Below are positions 13,175 through 25,849 of a stretch of DNA of 64,000 nt, piece after piece (within the stretch, counting starts at the first letter, position 1; each line of letters opens with the position of its first letter). Under the pieces are notes generated by a model. The model was not told the DNA's origin. It ran no database searches and worked only from the letters and a program-made list of their open reading frames with translations. Source of the DNA: Epiperipatus broadwayi (Eukaryota > Animalia > Onychophora); NCBI GenBank assembly GCA_028023455.1, contig JAQFVV010000003.1:29698001-29762000 (forward strand), read 5' to 3'. The translations under genes and the position numbers were made by a program.

Positions 13175-14723
13175 CTATAAAAGCACACACATATATATAT
13201 TAAAGGTAAGTACATATAAATGTGGAGAATTACTCAATAATGCTAGTAATATGGCTTTTTTTTTTAAAAAATCTATTTTATTTAAATTCTAATTAAAGTT
13301 TTTTAAATTATAATCTACCAATTAAAATGACAAATATCAATTTTAACGGTTTTTTTCCTTCTTCTATTTATTAGTATTTTATATCACGAAAAATATTGAA
13401 TACATTAGTATTTACAAATGAGAAGTTTGAATCAAGAGGGTCTAAATAACCATAGTAAAAAACAACAAAAAAAATAAACAACAAGAAGATTAGTAGGCAA
13501 ATTGGATTGGATATTTAGCTATTACTAACAGATGAATAAATATCCCAAGTTAATCTGGATTAATTAAACATATATCAATATGATGATTGTAAAAATAAGT
13601 ATTAAAACTATAATATGATGAAGATTTCACCACTGGTTGAAGAGTTGTCCTACACTTTTGATAACTGTGACTGTGGTTAGTGATAGGCAGGTTCAATGTA
13701 TTCACTAAACCTGACTTCACAGATTAAAAGATTCCACAGCTTGCATAAAATGCAAATTTTAAAATTAGTTTATATATATTTAAAACATGTTATTCATTTT
13801 AAAATAGATTAAACAAACTATAATGTTTAAAATAAATTTTATTCTTTGATTATGAAGGCTAGGATAAGTGAAAAATATAATTTATTTATAAATTGTTTTT
13901 TGCAAATAATAGATACTTGCTGCATTAATATTATTTAAAAATCATTTTGAACTTTATAAAAAATTTTAAAATATTTGTGATTTTTATATATAAATGATAT
14001 CTTGAATTTTAATGAAGAATGTTTATTTTTCATTTTAATTGAGATTTAAATAATACAGATGTTTTTGAAAAAATCAAAATGTTTCAGAAATAATTTTAGA
14101 AAAATTTCCTAGCACTGATGCATTAAAATATATAGTTTTAAAAACTTTTTCTGAAGCCTATCCAAACTTATCAATAGCCTTTCAAATTATGTTAATAATT
14201 TGTGATGTCAATTGAAACAAGTTTTTCAAAATCAAAATTAATTAAAAATTATTTATGATCAATAATAAGTTAGGAATTGCTTCATTTCATTAGCTATTAT
14301 TTTAAGAAAAAATCAAATAGTAAAAATTTACGAATTACAACAATATACTTAAAAGTTTTGCAGCAAAAGCAGCAACAAAAAATTTGTTAGTAAATTTTTT
14401 TTGCTTTTTTTCTGCAAAGTATTATATGTATTTTCTTATTATAAAAATTTAAAAATATATAGTTTTTTTTTTTTACTTTGGTATCACAAAATATTAGAAT
14501 TCTTCTCCATAAAAGTTCATGTCAGTTACTATAATTATGGTTTACTATAAACTTTTATATATGTTTATGTAAAAGCATATGATATGATGAAGACTTCACC
14601 ATTGATAGCAAAACTGTAATATTGCTTCAATTATTGTGATTATGGTTTATCATTACCTTTTATATGTGTATTCATGTACTTGTCATTGTTTGTAAATTAA
14701 AAGTTACACAATAATATATATAT

Positions 14724-17700
14724 TGTAACCGTATGGTTGGGTTCAATGTCTGTCAAGCCTTATTTTAAGTGATCAAATGTGAAAAATTTGAAATTTTAAT
14801 CAACAATAATTGAAATATATTATCTTAGTGGTATGTAATAGTAGTTGACAAATTGTATTTTAAAATTAAGTAAATTTTATCAGTAAATCTCCTGACTCTG
14901 ACTGTTCAAGATATGCTAAGCCCCCTGGCAGGATGTGCATGAGATTTCATATGCAGTTTGTCAAGTGGACTAATTTTCAATAATATTTAAATGATAATTT
15001 AACAGCGTTATTATTAAGTATGTTTTGATACTTTATTATTATTAAATAATAATTTGAAAGATTTAAATTTATAACTCTTCTAAATCAATATTTGTAATCA
15101 ATTCCTAAGTATACTTTTATAGTGATTTAAAATAGTATTGAACAGCTTGATTAATTATCACTAATGAACATAGAGGGAGAAGTATTAATTATATGCACAC
15201 ACCATGCTATCATTAGTCTATTTTTTGTGCCATAATTCAATGTGATAAAAGATAAATAACTCAACATAAATAGTAGAGGTGGGACTATTTACAAAAAAGA
15301 ACAAGAGGAAAAATAATATCTGAACCACAACCAAATTAAAGAAACCAAGGAGCTGAAAAAGTAACAACACTGGATTTAAATTGACCTGAAACAAGATATA
15401 TTGTAACTGCTAGATTATGGAGTAGAGACTCTTACTTCCTTGCGTGCATTTTGGCCTGCTTATTTATTGATTGACAATCACCAAGATTTCACCAGGAAAA
15501 AAAAATAGGAACTATTTTGGAACAAGAAATTGTAAGCATGACACTTTATTTTATGTATTACAGTAATTTTAATCACTATAATCATTATCTGCATTTAAAA
15601 ATTATACGACATTTATTTAGAATGGCAAAAAGAAGAGAAAAATATTCTGTGTGTTCATTTATAAAATAAAGATAAAATATATTTTGCTTTTACATCAAAT
15701 AGTAATAAAAATCTGATTATAAAAAAAAATAATTTGAACAAAACTTTTTACATTCAAAGTAAATAAATTGAAATTTTCTCCAACTGGATGATAAAATTTA
15801 ATGATTTTATAAAATGTGTGAATTTAGTTTTTATAATATTTAAAAAAAAAATTCTGATAAATCTTTTGGAACGCTGGCTTACTTCGTTATTGAAAACAAA
15901 TATTAGAAAACATTTACCGTATTGATAAATGTAAAGGATGTTTAACTTATAGTTTCAATCTACTTAATGTAAATCTTTATAAAAGAAAATAATAATTTTT
16001 CATAGTATTATGATAGAAAATATTTAGAGTTACGGATAGAAAATAAATAAATAAATAATTACTTCTCGATAATTATTGTGGAAAGCTGGGTTAACACTAA
16101 TTTCAAGTATTTTAAAAAAGGATTTTAAGATGCTTTTACTATTCCAATATATTACTGCGGTTAAAAAAAACAAAATGCTTTTAATAAAGTTCAATTTAAT
16201 TATCATAATTGAATACATTGAAGCTACAATTTAGTTTAAAAAGAATGGATCAAAAATTCTGTAGAAAATAATTATAAGCGCTATTATATTGTTATTTTTA
16301 TTGCTATAAAGTCTTAATGGTTTTATTTTACTATATTAGGATAAAGAAAAAAATATGGATGCATCGTTTTATGAAATATTGTACCGGCCGACAATGATAT
16401 CATTTCCCTCGTCAGTCAGCTCATAGTGAAGGAACTTAAATTACGAACTATAGATATAAAGTAAAATATAATAATAATGATTTTTTTTTTTCATGTTCAT
16501 TACTATATTAGTTTTGAATATGTTATTAAGGTATATTTTTCTTTTATTTGTGGTATATACATTCATTTTACTGGTTGGTTTAAAATTTAATATTAAATTC
16601 AGTTTGTAGATAGAGAGAGATATTCATCTCTTACATTTATGAAAATAGTTTATTGACATTCTATTTATATATAAACAGACATAATAATATTTACTTATGA
16701 TGAAACAATTATTTTATTATATGGAGTATTCCATACAAACAGGTATACATTCATATTATATATTTATTATATTTTGCTTATAATTTAATATTATTTTAGT
16801 TTATAGAATTTATGCTATTTTTCATTGACTGTGTTTCTTATTACTGGGCATTTTATTATGCTTTTAAAATACTTTATAGTCATTTGACTTACAATATCTT
16901 TGTTGGTTCCTTAGTAGGGTATTTATCTTGCCATTGTTTTGATGAGATTTTATTCTAGTTTCCATTTTATACATGAGAAACATATAATTTCATCAAATAT
17001 TGTATCACTGACATTGTGCGTGGGTAGATGGAATATACTCTCCCATTGTTTATTCCATGAGAGGATTATATTGTCGAGGCTGATAATTAGTTAATGCTTA
17101 ACTAGCATAGTTTAATCCCTAGAGAGGATTGTTTTTATATCATGAATTCTGTTTCTCTGATTTGAGACGATGTCCACCCATTTTGTACCTAGGAAAAAGG
17201 TATAGGAATCTGCCATATTATTATACAACTATATAATGTTGTTTTGAAGAGCCTTTCTTATGATCTCTAATTATTTTCCACCGTGTATGGTAAAGAATAT
17301 GTTTTACAATTATATGCAACGATAAGGTAGTTAGCTTCAGGGACACTTGTTTATCTATAGTGTTTAGCCAAGTAAAATAGTGTATTGTGCTGTTGTACTT
17401 TGTCAACAGTTTACAAGCAAACCAACAAAACCAGTACAATGTCATTTTATTTCCAACAAGCAGTAGTTAGAATGATTATTTTATGGACGTAAGCAGTTTA
17501 GTATCCTGTATACATTTGAATGCTGGTGTCTAATTTCCATATTTATGTAATAAATTTCTTCATGCTAAACAATTGCCATTATCAAATTACTGATTAATAA
17601 AGTTTAGTTATATTTTAATACTTTCAATAGCATACTATAAATGGATGTTATGTTACTAAACATATCAGTGCATCAAAACTGTTAATAAATTTAAAGGGAT

Positions 17701-19429
17701 ATACCTGTAACCAAATGAATATACCTTGCTTTATATTGTTTCTAAAACATATATATGTTTTTCAATTGTTTGTTTATTTTTGTAAAAAAAAAGTTGTAAA
17801 TAGTGCAAATAAATCTTGTTTTGAAAATATATTTAGTTGTCTGTGGTCTTATTGCTAATCATCATCCATATTATTATTGTTATTGCTATCAACACATTAA
17901 AGTCATCATCAATTAATATAGTATATTATATTATTATATCACAATGATTTTGGTAAACTTTTATATTTAAAGTACCTATAGAATTTGTAGCTTATTGATC
18001 AGAACATTGTGAATCTTAAGCCCATGGCTTATTTTAAATAACCTGTTTATTTGAACCATTCACTGATCTTGATCACATTGCTCATAGTTATTTAATAAAA
18101 AAAGAGTTTGAAAGTTATTGTGCTTACTTTATTAAAATTTTATTTGTACTTCATAAAGTTCAAAGTTCATATTACTGTTGGTATTAGGATTGACAAATAT
18201 TCTTTATTGATTCTATTTGTTTTATCAGCTGTCTTTGTTTGTTATATTTGGGTAGTGGCAAAATCCCTCTCGTATACCTTGTAAAATGATAATATTTAAG
18301 TTATTTGAATCCTGAGAAAAGTAAATTACTAATTTACAGTTATAAATTTGAATTTATGGTAATTTTTATGTTTAAAGTTATTTGTTGTGCAGTCTTGCAT
18401 TGATGGTCGAGAGGTCAGCGCGACTGCCTTGCAAGCAGTTGCCCGGGTTGCGGATTCGCGTCCCGGCCTGCTATGACACTTGGAAAAAAAAAAAAAGTTA
18501 TTTGTTGTGCTTTGGTTTGAGTTATGTTTATCTTCGTAGTTTAACTGAATTTATATAACTTTAAAATGTAAATTTATTTTTTAATTTTTAAAACTCATAG
18601 TTTATTTTAACTTCATGGTTAAATATTCTGGTTTCGTCGAGCTTAGAATCCATATTTTGTTTCATTTTATCTTACTGTCATTTAATACAATAGTAGTTTA
18701 TAGCCCAGGATCTCATTCTCCATCATCAACATTGTTCTCATGTTTCATCTTAATTTTTCTTTCTTTTACTTCATCATCATAATTGAATCATCCTTCATTG
18801 GCTCCTGTTCTATCAACATCTCAATCATTCATTATCCTAACACATTTTCTTTCTCTTAAGCTCGCTCAATTATTATTTATTTCCATCATCTATTTATCAT
18901 TTAATTCATAATTCGAATTCCATATTCATTTCATAGACCTGATTATTAATTAGTTATTGGTTTACAAATATTATATTTATGTAATAATATTTTGCTATGG
19001 ATTTTAAAGCTAGTTTGACCAATATCGATACTAGAAGTTATTGTCTTCATGAATACTTTATGACCTTCCTTAAATTTATTGTTTCATGCTAGCCTAGGTG
19101 GTTTTAAGAAATTAATATCTATATTTTAACATTTCTTTTTATGCATATATTGTTATTGTTCATGTAGAGGTAGTTACAAAGGGTATCCATGGTTGATTTT
19201 TGGCACCCTGTAACATGTGGCCACGATTAATTCATTGGTGGTTGTAGGGTACAATATGGTAACATGTGAGTCCGATTAATTGCTGACTGGTGGCGACAAA
19301 GGTATTTATATTTGGATTTTTGGCGCTAGCAATGTGTGAGCCCGATTGTTTAAATATTAATTATTATTTTAACATGTTTCAGTCATTTTTAAAAGAATTA
19401 TTAATAATATTTGTATAGTGAAGGTTACA
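14724..19429 (+). mobile_element. ~4.7 kb non-coding TGTAACC...GGTTACA element, copy 1 (giant solo-LTR-like)
   Basis: Homologous end-to-end to 50280-55405, best at 17.0-19.1 kb vs 52.9-55.2 kb. 7-bp inverted termini, flanks ATAT/AAAT, no PBS, PPT or ORF recognised. Confidence 0.7.
18391..18493 (+). mobile_element. Young tRNA-Gly-derived SINE with poly(A) tail
   Basis: 17-bp TSD AAAGTTATTTGTTGTGC (18374-90 and 18494-510). Body resembles tRNA-Gly(UCC), with anticodon arm ACTGC-CTTGCAA-GCAGT and an A-tail. The sister element near 54510 lacks the insertion. Confidence 0.9.
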
Positions 19430-19499
19430 AAATATAATATTTAATGTTTTAACATATAATAACCACATTCCACTCTTTTCACACTTTAAAGCAAAATAT

Positions 19500-20370
19500 T
19501 TATTAATATTACATATATATGCATTTTATGGAGACAGGTCATAAACTAGAAACAGAGAATATTAGAATGATAAGTTATGCAAATAGTAGGAGGGATAGAA
19601 AAATAAGGGAGGCAATTTTAATAAAGAAGATAAATTCAAATATTAATAGAGAAAGTGGTTTAAAAACTATCTTAGTATAAAATAAATAAAATAAACAGTG
19701 AAAACTAATAAGAAATAAAATAAATAAGTAGTTTGTATAATAGATAATAGAGGGAGCTGTATATACATAAAAAATTTAGAGAGTATGATAGGAAAGAAAA
19801 TGGTGGAAAAGTGAGAGTTTTAGTAGATAGATAATAAGGTAAAAAATAAAAATAAAAATACATATAAGAATTAAAATAATTTTATAAAAGATAAGTAAAT
19901 GGAAGAAGCAGAAATAAAATACGGGTAAAATGGAATTAAGTAATGGAATAAGATAATTAAAAATTAAGATATTAGATGAAATGTAAAAATAAGGTTAAAT
20001 TTATGAATATAGTAATATGTTAAATAAGGTTAAATATTAGAATATAGTAATATAAGAAAGATTTCATAAATATTACATTGAATTTATAAAATTATGGCAA
20101 AGGAAAAAGGTGAATAAATATAAACATGACAATAATTAAGAAGAAATAAAGGGTAAAGTAGATTTTAAAGTTATATAATAGTAAGTTTTATATATAAAAT
20201 GATGTTAATAATTAAATTGGTAAAATTGTAAAAATTTAATAGATATATGTATGAAATATGGTTGTATTGATATAATGTTTAAATTTTTGTAGATCTGATG
20301 AAGACTGCTAAGAACAGTCGAAACTGTAATATTAATAAATATTTTGCTTTAACATGTAAAAAGAGTGGAA
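19500..20370 (+). mobile_element. Penelope-like element 3' end (GIY-YIG C-terminus + purine-rich tail + hammerhead motif)
   Basis: 19522-19680 encodes HFMETGHKLETENIRMISYANSRRDRKIREAILIKKINSNINRESGL*, typical of the PLE endonuclease C-terminus. It is followed by CTGATGA...GAAAC at 20295-20324. Confidence 0.75.
20290..20335 (+). ncRNA. Minimal type-I hammerhead ribozyme motif (PLE-associated)
   Basis: CTGATGA-A-GACTG(CTAAGAA)CAGTC-GAAAC-T-GTA: intact core boxes, perfect 5-bp stem II and a GUA triplet. Stem I is imperfect and stem III could form only in a dimer. Confidence 0.65.
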
Positions 20371-20481
20371 TATGATTATTATATGTTATATATTAGAAAA
20401 GCAAAAATAAAGAAGGAAAGAGGAAGAGAAACTATTGAAGATTATTTAATGTTTTCATGGTTATATGATGTAAATAAGTTT

Positions 20482-20634
20482 TTGTGTTAAACCGTGTGCT
20501 AGCATTGATTAATTCCCAATGTTTTGAAGAAATAGCATCCGCCATTGTCAAAACTTAGTTAACCTTGACAATGGTGGATGCTATTTAGTCGAAACGTTGG
20601 GAATTAATCAATACTAATACATGGTTTAACCCAA
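20482..20634. repeat. Fold-back hairpin, 70-bp arms, 13-nt loop
   Basis: Arms 20482-20551 and 20565-20634 are reverse complements at 60/70 positions by manual count. The right arm has PLE-terminus-like TTGACAATGG...TCGAAACGTTGGG. Confidence 0.9.
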
Positions 20635-22124
20635 AAATAATTTTATATATCACACAAAGAAATAACTACAATATATATTTTTTTGTGGATGTATATATGG
20701 CAAGTGGCTAATATAATGAGTTGCCAATTTTAGCTTTGGGAGGAAAAAATGTAGGAGGAAAAAAAAAAAAAACATTCGATTAAATGTAAAAAAGTAGTTA
20801 GTTTAGTAAGACTTAAAATATTGATATTTTTGAATTCTTCAGTTTAAAATGACAAACACTATCTATAAAAATTGATTTTTTTTTGATAAGTTGCATTTAA
20901 CTTTGAATAACATTTATTCTTTAATCCTAAAAACATTCAATTGCAGTTGCACATTTAAATTTACAATATACACATTCACTTAATTATTTTTGAACTTTTT
21001 AATTATTAAAATTAAATGATCTAGCTTGATTTTTGAATTATGTAATTAATCAAATAAAATTTAATTATGAAAAGACCTAATTTACCTTCATAATAGTTTT
21101 GAAAAATGTTGAAATGTTTTATTAAGGCTAATATTATTAACTTTAAAAATCATTTTATATACACAAGAGCATAGACTCATTAGAGTAGCTACTAATAAAA
21201 GAAATTTCAATACATATACACACAAAATGGAGAATTCTTTATTTCAAAATATTAACTTTTCTATACTGTGGGAATCATAAATACTATTTTTAAGATATAT
21301 CCTTTAAAGTACAATTTTCAGAATTTAGAACATGTTAATTTTTTTTTAAACGACTATACTTGTACTTAAAAAAATATTTTTGTTTTAAATATCGTATTTT
21401 AATCAAATAACAGACAAATATAATCAGAATTCTTTCTTTTAGATAATACATAACAAAATTAAGAGATTATCATTGGATCTCAAAATATACAAAGAGATAA
21501 TTTCTTTTCTATATACAATTTGTGTAACTATTATCTTTGGTTTTAGAACTAGAAAATTCAAATATCACACATATTTTACTTATATAAAATTTGATGTAGT
21601 AAGATTTCTGTGAAAATAATCACTCAGTTAACTTTTTCAGCCCAACTTATAATATCTATGCTGTAATTAAATAAAATAATCTCTTAATAAATCAAAGAAA
21701 AAGTACTATTTTCTAATTGGTTAGATGAGACAAATTAAGGTATTATATATTAATAATAACTTTAATAATTTACACTGATATTAATAAAAAATATTATTAA
21801 AACAATCAAACTAAAGTGAACAAATCAATAAAAAATATTATATAGCTACACACATTACAATAATTCAAATTTTATACAAAATTAATTATTGCAATGTTAA
21901 TACATGTTTACATAATCAAACAAGTCAAACCCTTTATTATAGTATTTCAAAGAGTAGTATTAATTATATATAGTCAAAATTGGAAAAGAATAAATATCTT
22001 TATGCTGTTCTTCCATAAAATAATAAATTCTTTACAACAGCTATATAAATATCAAATTTTTTTAATGTACCTAAAAAACCTTTTTCAGCACCTGATTTGA
22101 ATTTTATATATATATAGTCTAGAA

Positions 22125-22728
22125 TTGTTTTCCTGAAGGTTTGTGATGATGGTATTTTAGTTGTATTTATATATTGGACTATTTCCATCATCTAATACAA
22201 GTATTGAATGTCTTTAGAAAAATTTAACTTTATTTAAATATTCCAAATACATTTAACTGTTAATAATAGTACACAGGTTAATATATGCATATTTTGAGAG
22301 GTATTATTCTCCCCTCTTTTTCAGGTATTGTTGGCCTGACCAGTGACAGTACTAGCATAGGATCAAATCTGAATCCTTAGATTCTTGAATATCGAATTTT
22401 AAGCTAATGCTCTAACCAACTGAACCGTCAATTGGTTAGAGCATTATCTTAAAATTCAATATTCAAAAATCTAAGGATCCAAATTCGATTTCCATGCTAG
22501 TACTATCACTGGTCAGGCTAGCAACACCTGAAGAAAAGGGAAGAATAATACTTCTCAAAATGTTGTGCATATACTAACCTGTGTGCTATTACTAACAGTT
22601 AAATGTATTTGGAATATTTAAATTTTTCTAAAGACATTCAATACTTATATTGGATGATGGAAATAGTCCAATATTTAGATACGAATAGTTTAGAATTATT
22701 ACCTTTTCAGTATTTTCTGGAAAACATG
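22125..22728. repeat. ~600 bp palindrome of a tRNA-SINE-head + hammerhead-like unit
   Basis: Core arms 22171-22423 and 22428-22674 are ~90% complementary around a 4-nt loop (ACCG); outer limits are fuzzy. Mirrored ORF-track peptides MMEIVQY appear on both strands. Confidence 0.9.
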
Positions 22729-24479
22729 CCTTTCCTCGATTCTAAATTAATAATTGTTTATCAGTATTCTTCATTGATATTTTCATAATTAGTTAAAAAA
22801 CTAAAACAACATAAAATTATCTTTAAAAAAAAAAAACATAATTATAATGTGTATTATCCATTTATAATCTTGCATTTCCCTGAGATTTGTTATATAATTT
22901 CAAATTTTTTTAAAAAAAATCAATTCACAAACTTGTTACATTTAACAAATTTGTTGTAATGGAATCAGGTAATAATTTTTGGAGTATTCTTTTTTCTTTT
23001 ACTTTGACAAAAAAATATGTCTGAAGCCTATACTAGTTGATTTCTATCATCATAATATTTGCATGAAACTATGTACTATCTCAAATTGGACAATGCTGCT
23101 CATACAAGCATTTCTTTCATTACATATTTTATTCTTTTTTTCTCCACTATTTTTAATATTTTTCTTTTTACTGACATTGATTTGCTCTGATTTCCTAAGT
23201 ATCTAGTTAAGCCTCAAAACAAAGAAACAAAAAAAAAACAACAACAACAAACACTTCAATAAGTCAAAATAAAAATAAAAGAAATATAATAAACTAATCT
23301 GTTTTTCTTTAAGATTAAAAATCGATTTGATTATTTTTCCAAATTAGTGATCAAAATACAGTTTTTAACTTTTGAAATAAATAAATTTTGATTTCCCATT
23401 TGATAATTTCTAATTTTAATATTTTTAAAATAAAACTATATACTCTACATTTAAGTGTATAGATTAATCTAGAACTACTATTTAAATTTATATAGCCACT
23501 TTTAATTTATTCACAATTTTGTTAATGACATTTTAATAACTTTTACACTATTTTCAACATAATATTAATTTAAAAATCATCCATTTTAAAGTTGTTACCA
23601 ATAATATTAGTACATTACATCACCTGCAAAGATATTTCAAGTACCATGTAAATTAAAATAATTACAGCACAGTTAATTTTTATGTTTTTTTTTTGCTCTC
23701 AGAATTAATTACTACAAATGCAGGTTTTGTAAGTGTATACAATAATCCTGCTCTTCACCAAAAAGAAACATTAGAATTTAGGCACATCTTATCTTAGTCT
23801 CTTACTGCAATATTTTCTGCTCACCTTTCTCAACTCATGTCTTTAGAACAGTTTATAAAGGAAACATTAGATCATAAGACAAACATAATTTTATCTAATT
23901 ATTCTTAATTTTACTTTAATTTTAAAAGAAATTAAGTGAATTATATTTTAATAACTTTTAAAATATATACTGTATTAAAATTTCAGAAAGAATTTACATA
24001 TTTTTTCAGAAAGAGTTCATATATTTTTTATTTAACTTTTAATATCATCAAAAATATTTATCAAACATTATTTACAATTTTTATGCTTATATTACTTCTT
24101 AAATTCAGCCAAACCTTTTATGACAAAATTATATAGAGTACACATATTATTATTACTGATTCATAGATAGAAGAAATAATGTTATAATGCTAAAAAAAAA
24201 ATTGTAATTTTTTAGAGTTCTTCTATCATAACACAAACATACTTATTTGAGTTTATGTTTGTTTTGGTTTCTTTTTAGATATGATTTTATTTTGATATTC
24301 AATATAATATCTAAATCCATTTTCAAATGTAAATGTTATCATTAAAAGACATATTATAGGTCACACAATATATCCATATTTTCTATTTACAAGATTTTTC
24401 TCCATATAACCTAAGCACGCACTCTGAAATAAATATGAAGATATTTAAAACCCGTTAAGAAGTAACAGGCTTTGACTTT

Positions 24480-24960
24480 TACGAACTGTTACCACTTTCT
24501 AATTTGCAACAAATACAATATGAATAATTTGCCTCTTGACAATTTTACTAACAATATGCTATGGAATAATCTTAATAGTGGTCAACTTTTAATTGCAGAT
24601 GCCCTTTTAAAATTAGTACTCAATTTAAGTTCATAAAAAATGCTTTTATATAGATGATGCAGATAGATGTAAAAAACATTGCATGTTAATTCAGAAAATT
24701 GATTTAATTAATTAAAAAAAACATTAATTGTTACATGAATTGGAATAGCAGCTGCTTTATAATCTAATCCTTTACTTAGCAGAACTCATATGGGCAATTT
24801 TGCATAGGATGTTCCCGAGCTATTAATTCAATTTTTTTTAAATTGAAGTGAAAAACATTATTGCACAGGAAAAATTTAATAATAAAGAAACTTATCAGAA
24901 TAATATCGTGTACCATGAAATTTTTTCATGAATGCCATATTGTTAAATTTTTATAATTTA
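24480..24960 (+). mobile_element. Decayed Helitron Pif1-like helicase fragment
   Basis: KCFYIDDADRCK (cf. KCFYIDGPGGSGK), IGIAAAL (cf. WTGIAANLL) and IVYHEIFS*MP (cf. IIWDEAPM) occur in the correct order. Confidence 0.5.
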
Positions 24961-25458
24961 ACATTAAATTTAAAATATCTTTTCCTCTCATAATTATTAA
25001 ATAATTACAAATTAAAGCCAGGCAAAGAAGCTTAGATATTTGTTTATGCCTACAACAATTAAAAATAGTACACAGGGATCCCTAGTACATATATATTCTC
25101 TACATGAAAGCAAGTTCAATAACATACACATATATAAAAATCTGCATTTGCTTTTATTACTGGACTGACATTTTAAAGCTAGTATTAGTGAATAAAGAAA
25201 AGTAAATTCAACATGAGATGACCAAAATTACATCACATCATTGATGATCATTTCTTTAACTATACTCAATCGAAGTTTAGTAAAAAGATAAGACCATAAT
25301 GTGTAAAATTTAAAAAATTTTCAATTAAAATGTGATACTATTTTTTCTGTTATTTGATATATAAATGGATGATTGAATGTAACATTAATATAAATCCTGA
25401 AAAAACATGAAACTAAATTCGCATATGCTTGGTAATATACGAAAAGTAAGAATCTTAC

Positions 25459-25524
25459 CAAATCATAAACTTGATTTGCTAATTGAACTTTTTCATCAGC
25501 ATCTTCAAGAGCCTTGTAATAATC
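25459..25524 (-). CDS. ING3: ING3 exon 4 DYYKALEDADEKVQLANQVYDL
   Basis: TTGCAG|GAT...TTG|GTAAGA, 66 nt, inside ORF-track 25321..25530. Nearly identical to ING3 DYYKALEDADEKVQLANQIYDL. Confidence 0.97.
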
Positions 25525-25849
25525 CTGCAAACAAATTAATATATCATTTCAATTAAATTAAAAATTTCATTATTATTTTTATTGATTATTTTTTTAAATA
25601 ATTAAGCAGCCTTCTATTAAATATAAGGTAATTTTGAGATCCTCTGAAATTTTAAGAGGCTTGTTCTATATATATATAGTGGTATAAAGTTTTCTAACGA
25701 GCAGACTTAAACAAATAGAAAAAAAAAAGATTAGAAACTTTAGAGATGCTGATGTGCAAAAATAAAAATAAAAAATATTTAAATATGAAAATTAAAAGTG
25801 AAAAAAAGAATGAACTAGATATATACTTAGAAATAGAATAATTTTTTCA

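Noticed and set aside
18397-18472. Functional tRNA-Ala(UGC) gene
   Set aside because: Gly-type body, expanded T-loop, broken acceptor pairing, and poly(A) plus TSD show a retroposed SINE or pseudogene.
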